DNA from: Eledone cirrhosa
Lineage: Eukaryota
Reading direction: 5' to 3'
DNA: 64,000 nt
Assembly: GCA_964016885.1 (NCBI GenBank)
Contig: OZ024741.1
Span: forward strand, 328,476,001 to 328,540,000
Program-made: the position numbers and the translations under genes
Notes under the pieces: model-generated
The model's input: the letters and a program-made list of their open reading frames with translations, nothing else
Databases searched by the model: none
What the model was told of the DNA's origin: nothing
In this document: positions 12,553-25,734 of the stretch, piece by piece
Layout of the letters: the number at the start of each line of letters is the position of its first letter
How positions within the stretch are numbered: position 1 is the stretch's first letter

Positions 12553-12908
12553 GTGTGAACAGACGTGTGAGATACCGAACCCAGCAGGGCTCCATTGAAG
12601 TGTGTCGGACGGAAAATGGTTGATGACCCGTGTAGCAGTAAATAGTGACCAGAACTTAAGATGACGTCTAAGAACAACACCCAATGGCATGACAAGAGTG
12701 GAAGATGTTTTTAGAAGGTGTTTTTTGACGATAACACCCCAGTGAGAAAATTTGCTCCGAACGAACTGCCCGTGTCCGAAGGAACCTGCAGCCGTAGAAT
12801 CAGCCAGATCCATAAAGTGATCTTGTCTCGAGCTACCTGCCGGCGAAACAATTGTGACACGCAATAAACTGAGTCCAGATGCATCACTGATATTTCGTTT
12901 ATTTATAC
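12553..12908 (+). mobile_element. Repeat family B (pLTR-like), right arm of the inverted pair
   Basis: Inverted copy of 10090-10457. Hammerhead-shaped motif at 12824-12859. Confidence 0.8.
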
Positions 12909-12992
12909 TATCCACACTCTGCTCTGTATGAATATTGAGTGCTAATTTTGGCATACGTATGGAAGCACCATAGCTACCATTATAAACACGTA

Positions 12993-13119
<127 letters not shown>

Positions 13120-13316
13120 TCCGGTGTAAACAAACCAACCTGCCTGTTCTCTGTATGGCGAACTAACTGTTGTGCTACCACTTCAATATATTTATATATA
13201 TATACACCGGCGTAAACAAACCAACCTGCCTACTTCGTCGAGTGCTCTAATCTGCATACTGAGGTGGCGGTAAACAACCAGCATATACTAAAAAAAAATA
13301 TATATATATATATATA

Positions 13317-13386
<70 letters not shown>

Positions 13387-13420
13387 CTAGCCTAGGTACC
13401 CAGCTTCGCCAAGGTTAAAA
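13387..13420 (-). mobile_element. Helitron-like 3' terminus
   Basis: Minus strand CCTTGGCGAAGCTGGG-TACCTAGG-CTAG|T: imperfect GC hairpin then CTAG before T. Same layout as 45877-45904. Confidence 0.6.
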
Positions 13421-14227
13421 ATGATAAGAGAAGAGCGGCAGAAGAGAAAAGATATGTATTGAATGCATTGTCTTGTTTACAGTGTGTGTGTGTGTGTATG
13501 TTTTGTAAGTTTGTGTATATATATATGTATGTGTGAGTGTTCGTGTGTGTGTATATATATGTGTGTGTGTGTGCATGTGTGAGTGTGCGCGTGTGCGTGT
13601 GCATGTGTTTGTGTAAACCACCGTTGGAATCGAAGACATAGGCCGTGAAACACGATCATCATTGACAATGAACTCGCAGAGAAAATCCCTCATGGTTGAT
13701 TCCCAACCTGCCAGAAATAGCAGTCAGGTTGGTTAGCATACGTGGTGTGTATTTCTTCTTCTTTGGTGTTATAAAATTAGTATTAATAAACTTTCCTGGA
13801 TATACTCTAATCCCAATCCTGTACATACTTTCCGATTGTCAATTTTTTTTTTTTTTCGTGTGATACGCGAAGGAACCAACCAACAAACATTTATATTTTA
13901 TATTATGTATAGGTTACTATATCTCTTTTGTTTGTTCATTCAAAATATTTTTCAGCTAATTCTGTCGTACAATACACATCAGCAATCATTATCTAATGTT
14001 TAAAACATATAAATAGCTGCGATATATGCACCATATCAATCAAAAACGATATGAGAATTGAATACCATACTAAAGCGCCAGTAAGCTTTGCAAAGAACCT
14101 GAAGATAGAAATGTCAATAAATACAACATTTGGGTTGGGTAAACTTTAAGATGTTGTTTCATTGTAGGTTTCTTTTCTCGTTCTCTCCTTCCTCTCCTCT
14201 TCCTTCTTTATCCCCCCCCCCGCCCCT

Positions 14228-14317
<90 letters not shown>

Positions 14318-14320
<3 letters not shown>

Positions 14321-14810
14321 AGGTTTACCGGCATTTTATCTTTTCAGGAATCCCCCCTCCACTCCAGTGCAAAGATACCGCACGCCCTCTCAAGTCAGCG
14401 ATGGTGGATGGGGTGGGAGTGGGGGTTTAACGTGCCCTGATGTTAGGTTTGAATAGATTTTAGGATTCCCCAGTTCTGCAACCAGTACGTTAAAAAAAAG
14501 TTATAGTTACAACAATAAAGGTCGAACAGAGAACACATTTTTTAACAAACTTTACAATAATTTGTACAACCATAATGGAAATTCCAAGTAACAGAAAATA
14601 CATAAATTACATTCTTAGAGCCTCAGAGTATGTAATATTTTTTGTTCGGCTCTCGGGAGCAAAGATGAAGAGATTGTTTGGCGAACTCACAGTAAAGCAT
14701 GCAACATACAATTGACCATGGTTTTCCCAGATGAATGTCAGCCACTTTTATGGTTTGACCCTGAGCTTTGTTGATGGTAATCGCGAAGCTTAGTCTCTTT
14801 GTTGCTCTAG
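14318..14810 (-). mobile_element. Helitron 3' fragment (PIF1-like helicase C-terminus)
   Basis: Minus translation RLSFAITINKAQGQTIKV..HGQLYVAC..NLFIFAPESRTKNITYSEAL*. Confidence 0.85.
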
Positions 14811-14949
14811 TAACATTTTTTCTTCTGGAAAATCTGATCTTGCGGCCAGGCTAGGACTTTTTGGTGGCATATCGCCAGAAACAATGACGATAAGGCGTCT
14901 GTGCTTTCGTGAAATAAATGCGTTTGTTTATATTTTGTTTTTGTGTATG

Positions 14950-15100
14950 CAAAGTTTAAGCAAAGAATCGCTGCTTTCACCCTTAACGGGATCTTCTGAA
15001 GAGAAAAAAATCAATCTGAGAACGCAGAAGTAAATATTTCGAAAAACGTTGGAACCGAAAGAAAACAGGAAGATGATACTTTGGTTCGTGAAGACGTTAG
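14950..15100 (-). mobile_element. Repeat family C (pLTR-like) with CAGAAGA hammerhead-shaped motif
   Basis: Homologous to 40870-41035 (-) and 47679-47750 (+). Confidence 0.7.
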
Positions 15101-15253
15101 GAGTGTCGTATATCCGGAATGGTTGACATCTGAAAAATTTAAAGAAGTGAATATTTAAATAAACGATAAAATATTTTGAATCTTTTAACAACATTTAGTA
15201 GACGAAAATTCCCTCACTTTCTTACTTGGAAGAAGGTACATCTATGGTGCAAA

Positions 15254-15310
15254 TTTGGTGCAGCCGTTTGGTGCAGCCGTTTGGTGCAGCCGTTTGGTGC
15301 AGCCGTTTGG
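15254..15310. repeat. 13-bp tandem minisatellite (TTTGGTGCAGCCG) x4
   Basis: Directly visible, no spacers. Confidence 0.9.
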
Positions 15311-15349
15311 CGGGAAGTTTATTACCTACATACGACCGTCGGCTTTATA

Positions 15350-15400
<51 letters not shown>

Positions 15401-15405
15401 GTTAC

Positions 15406-15734
15406 ACTTGGGAAGGGTCATGTTGTTGTAATAATATTGCCAGAAATAATAACAGTATACTCTCACTATTTGGTTGATTTTCGCTTCTGTATCTTTTATA
15501 TCTCCACAGTTAATTCATTTGGTCCTCAATATTTATCATTGACTTATCAAATTACAGATATAATATAGATATAAACACATATATGTGTTTATATCTATAT
15601 TATATCTGTATGTTTGGCCAACTGAATTAACTGTGGAGATATAAAAGATACAGAAGCGAAAACCAACCAAACAGTGAGTGTGTTCTGTTATTATTTCTGG
15701 CAATATTATTACAACAATATGACCCTCCCCAAGT
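15406..15734. repeat. Inverted repeat, ~120-bp arms around a ~90-bp AT-rich spacer
   Basis: 15406-15524 is the near reverse complement of 15615-15734. Confidence 0.9.
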
Positions 15735-15814
15735 ATAACAATATTTGTTTCGACACACAATTTCATATCAAAAACCTCGCAAAACATATACACACACATA
15801 AATATATATATATA

Positions 15815-15956
15815 TAGAAAAAAAGATGAAATCGAAAATGCAACTGGAGTCTTATTTAAAAAAATATATATATATTTATTTGGTTCCTTTACCGGCTTCG
15901 CAGTTCTTCTGCTTTTCAAAAGTAGAGTTGAGTTGGAGGGTCTGTGGTTTTTCTCA
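15815..15956 (-). mobile_element. Repeat family E (pLTR-like) with UUGAAAA hammerhead-shaped motif
   Basis: Same sequence as the arms of the palindrome at 55787-56077. Confidence 0.75.
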
Positions 15957-16087
15957 CAAGGTGTATTTAATTTCTTGGAAGTCCGACAAAATATAAATTT
16001 TTATAACTGATTTAGAGCACTCAACAGTTTACTGGAGTAAATATTCAATGATATCAAATGATAGTTTCCACTTATTTAATATCAGTG

Positions 16088-16137
<50 letters not shown>

Positions 16138-16227
16138 CGTAACATCTGTATATGTAAGTTTCCTTGTATTTAACCACTTAAATGTACTTCAACATATCAA
16201 ATTATATAAACACATTCGACGACATAG

Positions 16228-18995
16228 AATACTTATTTCTTTATTTGCCACAAGGGCGCACAAGAAAAGGGGACAATACAAAGACATGCCGGGGATTTTA
16301 CATACAGTCGTGTAAAAAATATAAAAACAAACAATTACAACAATCGAAATCCCCAATAGAGGGGAAGCGCCACAAATGGGTTGTTTAATACCCCGTCGAT
16401 AGAACAACCCTCAACTGCAGGAGTGTGTTGTGCAAGTGCTCCTTTCTTCCTTTTGCTTTCTTCTTCAACCTACAGGCTTAAAAACAGAGAAGGCCCAATC
16501 ACACGGGCCATTTTCGTTTCATTCACCCACCTTTCAGTAAATTTACTCGCGTGCCGTGCCTCTCTCTCCACTCTGATTCTCCTTCTAAAGTGATACTTAA
16601 AGAAGGGAATCAATTGTTGTCCGGAGAGAAAGGCATCTGTCCTCAGTCCTCTCAATCTCGTCCACCATATAACTTCTTTCACCATAGCCACCGTACAGAG
16701 GAAAACCTCCTCTCTTTCGTTTTTGAAAGAAGCTGGCGGTTTGATCCTTACTATGGACTCGGCAGTCAACTGTATTTGTCCCATACGCGACAGCAGTTGT
16801 TCTGCATAGTTTCACAGGTCGATTACGCCCGGGCAGTGTACAATTGCGTGCAGGACTGTTTCAATGTCCTGCGCGCATCATGGACACATCCTCTTTGAAG
16901 GATCCCTGCCGGGGCGTCCGTCCCTGTAGATCTTGTCACGAACCGGTAGAGCTCTTCGTAGCACTGCCAGGTAAGGGACCTCTGGAAGTTGTCCATATGT
17001 CCCGGGCGGAAATTCCTACCAAACAGACTGGTGAGCTCATCGTCTTCAACGTCCAGAGTCTCTCCGAGCACGTCGTCGTCCTTGTAACGTACAATCCCTC
17101 TATAGAATGTCGAAGTGGAGTCACCACTGATTGCTGCGCCCGCTTGCCAGAGGACTGTGAGCGCCTGAGCGCATTCAATGTGCCAGGCGCCCATCGTTTT
17201 CGGTCTTTTCTTCACCCAGGACTGCAGCTCCGTCAGCGAGACGAGCTGTGGGAAAGCCTGTCTCACAAACGGTGCCCACACCGGATGGGGGTCGGTGAGG
17301 TATACCTGGAGATGCCGCAGCCTCAGCGCATGTTTGCGCATCATCAGCCATGGCATTTCCAGCCTTCCGTTGGAAGGGTGCTGACAGCAGACGGATCACC
17401 TCACCAGCGGAGCCTGCTTTTTCTACAGAAACTGGAGAAGCATGCGTTCCACCTTGGCGAGGTGTTCACGGGGACAAGGCACGACAGTCAAGCGGTAGTA
17501 GATGACGGACGCTATGAAAATGTTCGCCACCTCCGCTCGACCTTTCAAGGAAAGTTTGCACTCTGCCTACTTCTGGGTGAGTGCAAACACCTTGGCCGTG
17601 ACCTCGTTCCAGTTTTTATCCACCTGGAGGTCTGGACCGAACCAGACCCCTAGCAATTTCACCGGTCCGTCCGTCCAGCGTCCAACGACGCTGTCGGACG
17701 TCATCGGTTTGCCTCTCCACGTACCGAGTTGCAAACCGACAGACTTGTCCGGGTTTAGTTTTGCTCCCGTCAGCGTTTCGTATTCTTTCAGTAAGTTGCC
17801 GATGACCCCGATTTCCGAGGTGCTCGACACCATTACTGTCACGTCGTCGGCATAAGCCAACGCCGCTTTGAGCAGTCCCGGTTTTAGAGGGATGCTTTGC
17901 AACAGCTCCAATTTCCGTAGTAGTGGCTCTAGAGTCAATACATTCAGAATAGAGGAGAGAGGGCACCCCTGTCGAATGGAACGCGTGATTGCGAACAGCT
18001 CCGATAGGTAGCCGTTCACTTTGACCCTCGAGCAGATGCTGGTGTGCATCGCCTCGATCCAGCCTCTGAATACGGGACTGAAATCGGCCGCCTTGAGCAC
18101 CGCTTCCAAGTATCGAAGGTCGACCCTATCGAATACCTTAGACTGATCGAAATTGATCAGAGCCCCACCGAAGCCGGGTTTACTATCTACCCTCTCTATG
18201 ATGTATCGCATGAGGTGGAGGTTGTCGTGTATGGACCTGGTCGGGATTGCACACGTTTGCGCTTTCCCTACCAGATTCTCGACGACAAGCGCAAACCTCG
18301 TCGCTAGCACCTTGGCCAAAATCTTTAACTCTGTGTTGAGCAGAGTTATGGGCCTGAAGTTGTTAATTTCGTCCCCCTTGTTCTCGTCTTTCCTGATCAG
18401 CGTTACTACGCCCTTGCCTGCAGAACTGGGAATTCTCCCGTTCTGCTGCCAATTGCAATAGACGGCTTCGAGGACGCCAGAGAACAAGTCCGGCAGCCTA
18501 TGTAAACCTCATAGGGTAGACCATCTAGACCGGGTGACTTGTGTTTCCCGCAGCGGCCCAGAGCGTCCCGTATCTCAGTGTCCGTGATTGGCCTATCGCA
18601 GAACTTGGCGTCCGTGTTAGAGAGACATGGCAGGCCGTCGAGATATGAACTAAAGTCCATTGCCCCGTTCGGCTCACCGTCGTTCTGCTCAAATAGTCGC
18701 GCAATTGCTGCTGAAATGCCGCACACATTTGTTTGGGGTCAAGTAGCACGCGTCCGTTTTGATCTTTCAAAGACCGAATCGTGGACTTGTTGCCACTTTT
18801 TGCCTCCGCCACTCGGGCTCAGCTGACAGCTTTCGCTCCTTCGTTTCCTAGAGCACGTGTTTTGCTTCTGACCACGCAGCCTTCGTGTTTCGCATCGAAG
18901 AACTGGTCCAGTGCCGTTCTCGACGCTAACACTCTAACCGCGTTGCCACTTCTAAGTGTCTCCTCTACCTTGGCTATTAATTCTCTTTCTAGTTT
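16228..18995 (-). mobile_element. 5'-truncated L1/Tx1-clade LINE (ORF2 remnant, several frameshifts)
   Basis: KSPGLDGLPYE, NFRPITLLNTELKILAK, DQSKVFDRV, IRQGCPLS, AYADDVTV, KLLGVWF, C-terminal CP*C..ETVLHAIVHC zinc knuckle, 3' end with AATAAA. Confidence 0.9.
17567..18487 (-). pseudogene. Tx1/L1-like reverse transcriptase core (306-aa open segment)
   Basis: RT motifs QGCPLS and YADD in the supplied ORF. Confidence 0.9.
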
Positions 18996-19289
18996 AGAAT
19001 ACTGTTATCCAATTACGTGCTTCTACTGGACTTCAGAAATTTCCAATTTCCATGATCGCCTTAAACGCAGTAGTGAGTATCATTGCAGAAAGGTTTTAAA
19101 GAAAAGCAACTGAAATTTGTTTGTTGAGACGGAGGAGAAGGATGCAATTATGATGAAGCAAATTACTATCTTTCAATCTTGATTATCCCCCAATAAATCT
19201 GGGATTGAATAAACTAAGATTATTCACTACGAAAAAAATGAAATAAAATAATTTAATGTAGTAGATAAAATTATATCACATTATTTAGA

Positions 19290-19470
19290 TTGGCAGTATC
19301 GGTAGAGGGTCGGACGCCATGCTTTCCAGCATAGTTACGTCCCTTTACGATCTGAGTTCAAATCCCGCTGAGGTTGACTTTGCCTTTCATCCTTACGGGG
19401 TCGATAAAATAAAGTACCAGTAATGCACTGGGTAATTGCTGGCATTGTGCCTAAAGTAGAAACAATTATT
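19290..19470 (+). mobile_element. tRNA-derived SINE, family S1
   Basis: TGGCAGTATCGG A box, GAGTTCAAATCC B box, same body as 8978-9160. Confidence 0.88.
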
Positions 19471-19930
19471 TAGAATGCCAGCAAATAACTAGCGGTACAT
19501 AATTCGACTATCCAAAAGCCATCATTAAATTTAACAGGTCTATGAAATATACAGGTATGAAATAAAAGAAAACAGACATATATAATATTCTAACATGATG
19601 CATACTTAAGATTGATAATTGAATTAACCTGTTCGTGTTTTTTTTTATTCATTTAACAAATACTATATTTTTTCTGCTATTAAAAGACGAAGCAAACGAA
19701 ACGTAGATCAGAGCTGATGAAGTTCGTGGGTGTACAATTTCTCTATACAGATGTATAATTATATTGTATTGGTGACAAATATCATACAAGTTAGCTAACA
19801 CAAAATTGGATGATAAAAGGCTTTTTCAATAGAAAATTCTATTAGTGCTAATGTATTATTTATATTTCATTATTATTCGATTCCATATTCATTACCTAAC
19901 AGATGTTTATATATATATATATATAATTAC

Positions 19931-19966
<36 letters not shown>

Positions 19967-20098
19967 ATACTCACCTCACACAGGCTCAAACTCACGCGCA
20001 CACGCAAACATACATACTTATATACAGAGAGAGAGAGAGGGGGAGAAATAGAGAGAGAGAGAAATAGAGAGAGAAAAAGAAAGCGCGAGAGAAAGAGC

Positions 20099-20192
<94 letters not shown>

Positions 20193-20689
20193 TATATCTT
20201 TATAAACAAGTTATACTGATTTATAGCTTCCCTCAAGTCTTCCACAGAGGATTCATAATATTCAGTGTGATTCATAATAATCCTCTTGAAATGTCTTATA
20301 TTCACATAACTAGATTTCACATTTCAATCAAGCTGGTTTATATTTTCAATATCTTAAGCGCCCAACAAAACATAAAGATTCCATAAGTCTGTTTTTTTTT
20401 TGTTTTTTTCCCTGTTTTTTTTTTTGGGGGGGGGTCTTATTTTCATTATTTAAGTGTTGTCCGTTTTCAACATTTCGTGTTTTAGGATTGTACAAAATCG
20501 CTGTTTAATGTAATTTATTGCATCTACTGCTGCTGTGGTTGGTATGGTTTTTGTTGTGGTTGTTATCGTTTTTTTTTTTTTATGTAAATAATTTCTTTAT
20601 GCATTTTTGTGTGGTGTGTGTACAGGCATGGACGTTATCGCATGCGTGAATCTCTATGTTTTGAGTGTATACGCACTTATTACATGCAG

Positions 20690-20850
20690 AAATGTATTCA
20701 CTATTTTTACAGTTCCATTAACTTCCTAACTAGCCGTGCTCTTTCTGGTTTTGTGAAGCTCATCTTCTCACGATTTGTGCTGAACCAGTTAGTAACATAT
20801 CCCAAAGCTCCAATGATCACAAGTACGAATCTAAATATTATTCTTTAGCA
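20690..20850 (-). mobile_element. 3' fragment of an R4/Dong-like (restriction-like endonuclease) LINE
   Basis: Minus translation FRFVLVIIGALGYVT..ERARLVRKL..GTVKIVNTFL resembles the PIIIGALG C-terminal motif. Confidence 0.6.
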
Positions 20851-21026
20851 TTTTATTGACATTTGCTGGGCAGCAGATTTCCATTACTGTGCATGGCTCA
20901 TTTACCCTATATTGCGGTGACTGGTTTGTTTTGTTTTCATTTCATTGCGGTTTTTTACTGGAACACGCCACTAGTACACTTTCACTATATTGATATTATG
21001 CACTCCACAACACTGTAACATTTCAT

Positions 21027-21076
<50 letters not shown>

Positions 21077-21169
21077 TCATAACCACACACACACTCATAT
21101 ATATACATATATATATATATGTGTGTGTGCGTGTGTGTGTATGTATATACATATATATATATATATGTA

Positions 21170-21522
21170 TGTAAAAAAGTAAACAGAAATAACAACACAA
21201 TCGGTACAGTATTTGGAAGGTATATATTAGGTTAACGCTTGATATAGCAGGAAAAGGGTCTTAACGTTTCGGATACTAGTCCTTCATCAGAAGAAAGAAT
21301 AAGATTGAGAAATAAAATAGATTGAGGCGACAGGCGGGATGGAATTGGAAAAAAATGTCTTTAGATAAAAATAACAGGTCTATTCATGCTGACATCTCTT
21401 GCAAAACTGTTGGTGCTGGCGTTTTGTGTATGATTTGTTTTTTAGAAAAGTGGATGATGGAGCGCGTCTACCTGAAACGAAAAAAAAAACATTTTGTAAA
21501 AAGAGCTATACTTGAGCACGTG
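21170..21522 (-). mobile_element. Repeat family A copy (hammerhead at 21259-21294)
   Basis: Aligns with 4200-4510. CUGAUGA core retained, stem II weakened. Confidence 0.8.
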
Positions 21523-21539
21523 TGTAAGCATATGTTTGC

Positions 21540-21589
<50 letters not shown>

Positions 21590-21591
<2 letters not shown>

Positions 21592-24229
21592 AAGGCGGGT
21601 AAAATTCCCGAGATCCATGGACGAGTTCTCTCCAGCGGTCTCTGTCCCTCATTATCGCTGCCATATCCTGCATCTCCAACAGACCAAGGTCTATCCTTAG
21701 GGCATCAACATATGTTAACCTTGGTCTTCCTCTTCTAGTGTGTCCATGTAGGGGATCCCAAAGGAGCACTGAGTGCAATGTCAACTCTGGATGTCGGTGA
21801 GCATGTCCAGCCAACCTCAGTCTCCTCTGTGTCACTTTTGAGCTGACTTTTGGGATGCTCCCATACAGCTCTGAGTTTTTCATCCTCAGGGTATACTGAT
21901 TAATGTTCAGAGCCATCCTCAGCTTTCTCGTGTAACACCCATCCACCATCTGAGTGAGTCTCTTGGTCAGTGTCCAAGTCTCAGACCCATACAGCAGCAC
22001 AGACTCCACTACAGCAATGAAGAGGCAGATTTTCAGGTCTCTACGAAGGTCCGACTTCCACACCAATCTCAAGCTGTGACACGCCGCCCAGGCCTTGCTC
22101 TTCCTCTCAACCACATCATCTTCCGTATTCCCAATCTTTGCTCCCAAATACAGGAAGTCCTCAACCAATTCCAGCGGCTTCCCGCCTACATTAGTGATCC
22201 CCTCTGGCTTCTCAACATTCTCTACCAGATATTTTTTTTTAGTCTCATTCATTCTCAGCCCCACACTCATCGACACAGTCTCAACCTCCCGCATCAAATC
22301 CTCTGCCTCCTTCACTTTATTTGTCACCAAAACTATGTCGTCAGCAAATTCAGCATCCGATACCTTTTTCGCCCCAACTCTCCTGCTCTGAGCCGGTGCT
22401 ACAGTAAAGCCAGAGTCCTGGTGTTTCTCCAGTGCAAGGCGCATACAATAGTCCACTACGATGATAAAAAGGTAGGGAGCCAATGTATCTCCCTGGAGCA
22501 CTCCAGCCAGTATCTCAAAGAACTCTGTCATCCCATCAGGTGTAATGACTTGGGCTTTGGTGTTGGTGTAGAGCAGTGATATCAGGTCCACTATCCTCTT
22601 GGGGATTCCATAAGCCTGTAAGATCTTCATCAGGCAGTAACGGTCCACAGAATCAAAGGCCTTCCTAAAGTCAATGAAAACCATGACCGCAGGAAGGCAC
22701 TTTGCTCTAGCTCCCTCTAATATCCTCCTCAGCATCAGGATATGACTGGTGGTTGATCTACCCTCTCTGAAGCCGTTCTGGTTGTCCCTGAGCTTCTTCT
22801 CCATCTCAGGCTGGATCCTGTTAAGAATCATCCTGTTGAGGGTCTTTGCCAGTGACGTCAGTGAGATCCCCCGGTAGTTGTTGGTGTTAGAGAGATCTCC
22901 CTTCTTTGGCACTGGGACGATGTTACTGATCCTCCACTGATTCGGGGCAACTCCTTTCTCCAGTGCCCCGTTAGAGAACCCCAGGATGATATCATCAAAA
23001 TCACACCTCTTCATCACCTCTGATGCCACTCCATCTTCTCCATGAGCCTTGCCCTCCTTGATCTTCTTCGTGGCTCTCTGAAGCTCTTCTCTGGTGAAGG
23101 GCTCTGTCTCAACATCCAGTTCCTCAAACAGCCGCCTGATCTCCCCAGTGCTCTGGGCTGTGGAGGGTGGCTCTCCTAGTAGGGTCCTAAAATGGTATAG
23201 CCATTTCCTCTTCCTATCCTCGGGCCCCGTTCCCTGGATCTGACTCGAACACCTTTTCTTCCTCCCTGTGATCTCGTTGATGATCATCCGGCACTCCTTA
23301 CATCCATATCTGTCAACCGCTCTCTCCACACTTCTGATCTTCTCTATCAGTGCCTCCTCTCTGACCTCAGTGTAAGCGGTACAGAGCTCTTCCCTCATCA
23401 CCTCCACAGTCTCCATCCTCTCCTCCGTAGGATCAGCATAGAATTGGTCCCTGGCAGCTTTCAGGTGTTCTCTGGCTGCACACACTTTTGGGTTTGCAGA
23501 GCTGACGTGCTTCCCTTTGTTCTTTTTCCTCGGCACCAGGGTTTCACTTGCTTTCGCCACTGCATTGGTGAAGTGCCCGTACCTCCTCTTCACACTCTCC
23601 TCAGTCCATCCAATCTCTCTCTCCTCTGACTCTCCACACAGAGCACTAAACCTGTTTCTCACTTCCACTGTGAACCTCTCCTGTAGCTTATCATCTTCCT
23701 TGAAAGCTCCCCAGTCATAGATTGTTCTCCGGGGCTGAGCCTTGCTCTTTCTTAAGCTCACGCGGACCCCACTCATAACAAGCCGGTGGTCACTACCCAG
23801 TGTACTGAAATAGCTGTATGGTTCCGTGTTCAGAACACTATTCCGCCACTTTTTCCTCACCAGAATGAAATCAATCTGGAACTTGGACGGGTGCATATCT
23901 GAGATGTAGGTCCACATCTTCCCCAGATTCTTCCTAAACCTTAGGTTGGTCGCCATCAAGTTCGCCTCCAGCAGGGTGTCTCTCAGTAGTCTTCCATTTC
24001 GGTTGGTGTTGTTATGGAAGTACCAGCAAGGATCTTCACTGCCCTCCTTACTCAGATGTGCATTGAAGTCCCCCAAAACAAGCAGGATATTGTGTGCCTG
24101 AGTGGTGTTGACAGATCTACACACCTCCTCATGGAACTCCTCGGCATTCACATCACTGTCCCCCTCGGTTGGACTATAGGCTGAGATGACTGTCAGTCTT
24201 TGGTTTCCATTGAAGGTCACCCTCAACAA
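21590..24229 (-). CDS. RTE-type LINE: AP-endonuclease (5'-truncated) plus reverse transcriptase, 879-aa uninterrupted ORF
   Basis: ISAYSPT, LGDFNAH, QIDFIL, SDHRLV (APE); NYRGISL, QNGFR, FIDFRKAFDSV, GVLQGDTLAPYLF, FADDI, FLYLG, LLYGSETW, RLAGH, RRGRP..DRDRWR. (TA)n on both sides. Confidence 0.95.
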
Positions 24230-24904
24230 TATATATATATATATATCGAAGAAAAGACATATATAATAAGATTAGAAGAGAAAGAAGTATGATATAATAT
24301 ATTAAGTACCATTAGCCGAAGGGAAGTATGCTCAATGCTTAGAGATGCAATGTTAAATATTATAGTATTGTTAATATTTAATGAGAGTTAAGCGCATAAG
24401 GTAAGAAGAGCAGGTATAAGCAAAAATAAATGGAAGAGAAGGCAATACATTTAAAAACAAGATTTACTCCTTTACTTCATCTAAAGTAAAGAAACATTAT
24501 AGTCTTTAATGATGTTGCTGGAGGAAAGTCAAATCTATACAACAGCAAATCAAATTTTTCCATTAATGGTATAATTATTACTTTATAAAAATACTTAGAA
24601 GCAAGTATACATCGGAGTTCATATCTTAATCAGTAATACGTTTAAATGAGAACTGAGTTATTTCTCCTAAATCTTCAATTAAGTTATCAATTATAATTAG
24701 CAGTGATCTAGATATCCTGACTAATCTATAGAAAATAGCTAATAGAAGGTCTATTTTAGGGTTCAGGGGGCAGAAATTGAGGCTGGATATTTAAGATGGC
24801 TATATGTCATCCTAGACTCTGTTAGAGAAAGCGTAGTGGAGCCAGTGTGGGCAATTAATTACTGTTTCGGCTCTATTGTTAATAACTGCAGGGGGAGCAT
24901 ATAA

Positions 24905-25070
24905 TATAATTGTTTCTAATTTGGGCACAAGGCCAGCAAATACCCAGTGCATTACTGGTACTTCATTTTATCGACCCCGTAAGGATGAAAGGCAAATTTA
25001 ACCTCGGCGGGATTTGAACACAGAATGGCAAGGGCTGTAACTCTATGCTTCAAAGCATAGCGTCCGACCC
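24905..25070 (-). mobile_element. tRNA-derived SINE, family S1 (5' end missing, abuts PLE fragment)
   Basis: Reverse complement of the S1 body. Confidence 0.85.
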
Positions 25071-25260
25071 TATGCTTCCATCAGACACAAATTATATTTC
25101 TTCTTAAAGTTATAAGAGGCTGCTCTGTCTATTATACTCCATTGGGTTGTATAACTAGTGTTGGAGTCAATTAATTGAATAATATAGTTTGTGAGAGAAG
25201 TTGAGAACTTGAGTTTTCTATTTTTTTTAAATTGGAGGTGGGATCTAAATCTAGTTTTGA
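25071..25260 (-). pseudogene. PLE GIY-YIG endonuclease fragment
   Basis: FKTRFRSHL..STSLTNYI..TQWSII..YNFK..LCLME, closely similar to 41363-41821. Confidence 0.85.
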
Positions 25261-25734
25261 ATATATATATATATAATAGTTTTACATTCAAGAACATAAT
25301 CTCATGATTATTTCATTATACGAAAGTGATTTTTATCCCGCATTAAATATAAGAACATTAGTCATGAGTTGAGTTTTGTAATTGTCTAAAATGAAAATTA
25401 TAGTTTTTTCAGCTAGGTTGGTGACTAATGGAAGCTCTCATGTAACACGTCATATATTATTCATTGAACATTGCGAAGGATCTTTAATAAAATATGTAAA
25501 TTTTCTGTTCCTTACTTGCTTGTGTATGATTGAGAATGACATTATATTATATTTGTATTATAATTCTCAAACATTACTAAGATATATAAGAAAAACAACA
25601 ATACATACTACTGCAATGATTTCTGCAATACATGTGATGACGAGGATTTTGACGTGTCTTCGTCTCGACACCGATTGTAGTATATGTCAATGCTCTCAAC
25701 TTATACATTACGTGTACATATATTTATATATAAA

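Noticed and set aside
15254-15310. Short direct repeats resembling a CRISPR array
   Set aside because: 13-bp units in tandem with no spacers, in a eukaryotic context with no cas genes.
16870-16890. In-frame TGA in the Tx1 zinc knuckle (CP*C) as possible selenocysteine
   Set aside because: It sits at the non-Cys position usually held by Arg (CGA to TGA CpG decay). I also saw no TGA at conserved Cys positions in the PLE ORFs, unlike the selenoprotein Naiads.
16844-17653. 269-aa plus-strand ORF, and similar antisense ORFs over 4760-5341 and 22076-22579
   Set aside because: Antisense shadows of LINE or PLE coding sequence with no recognisable motifs.
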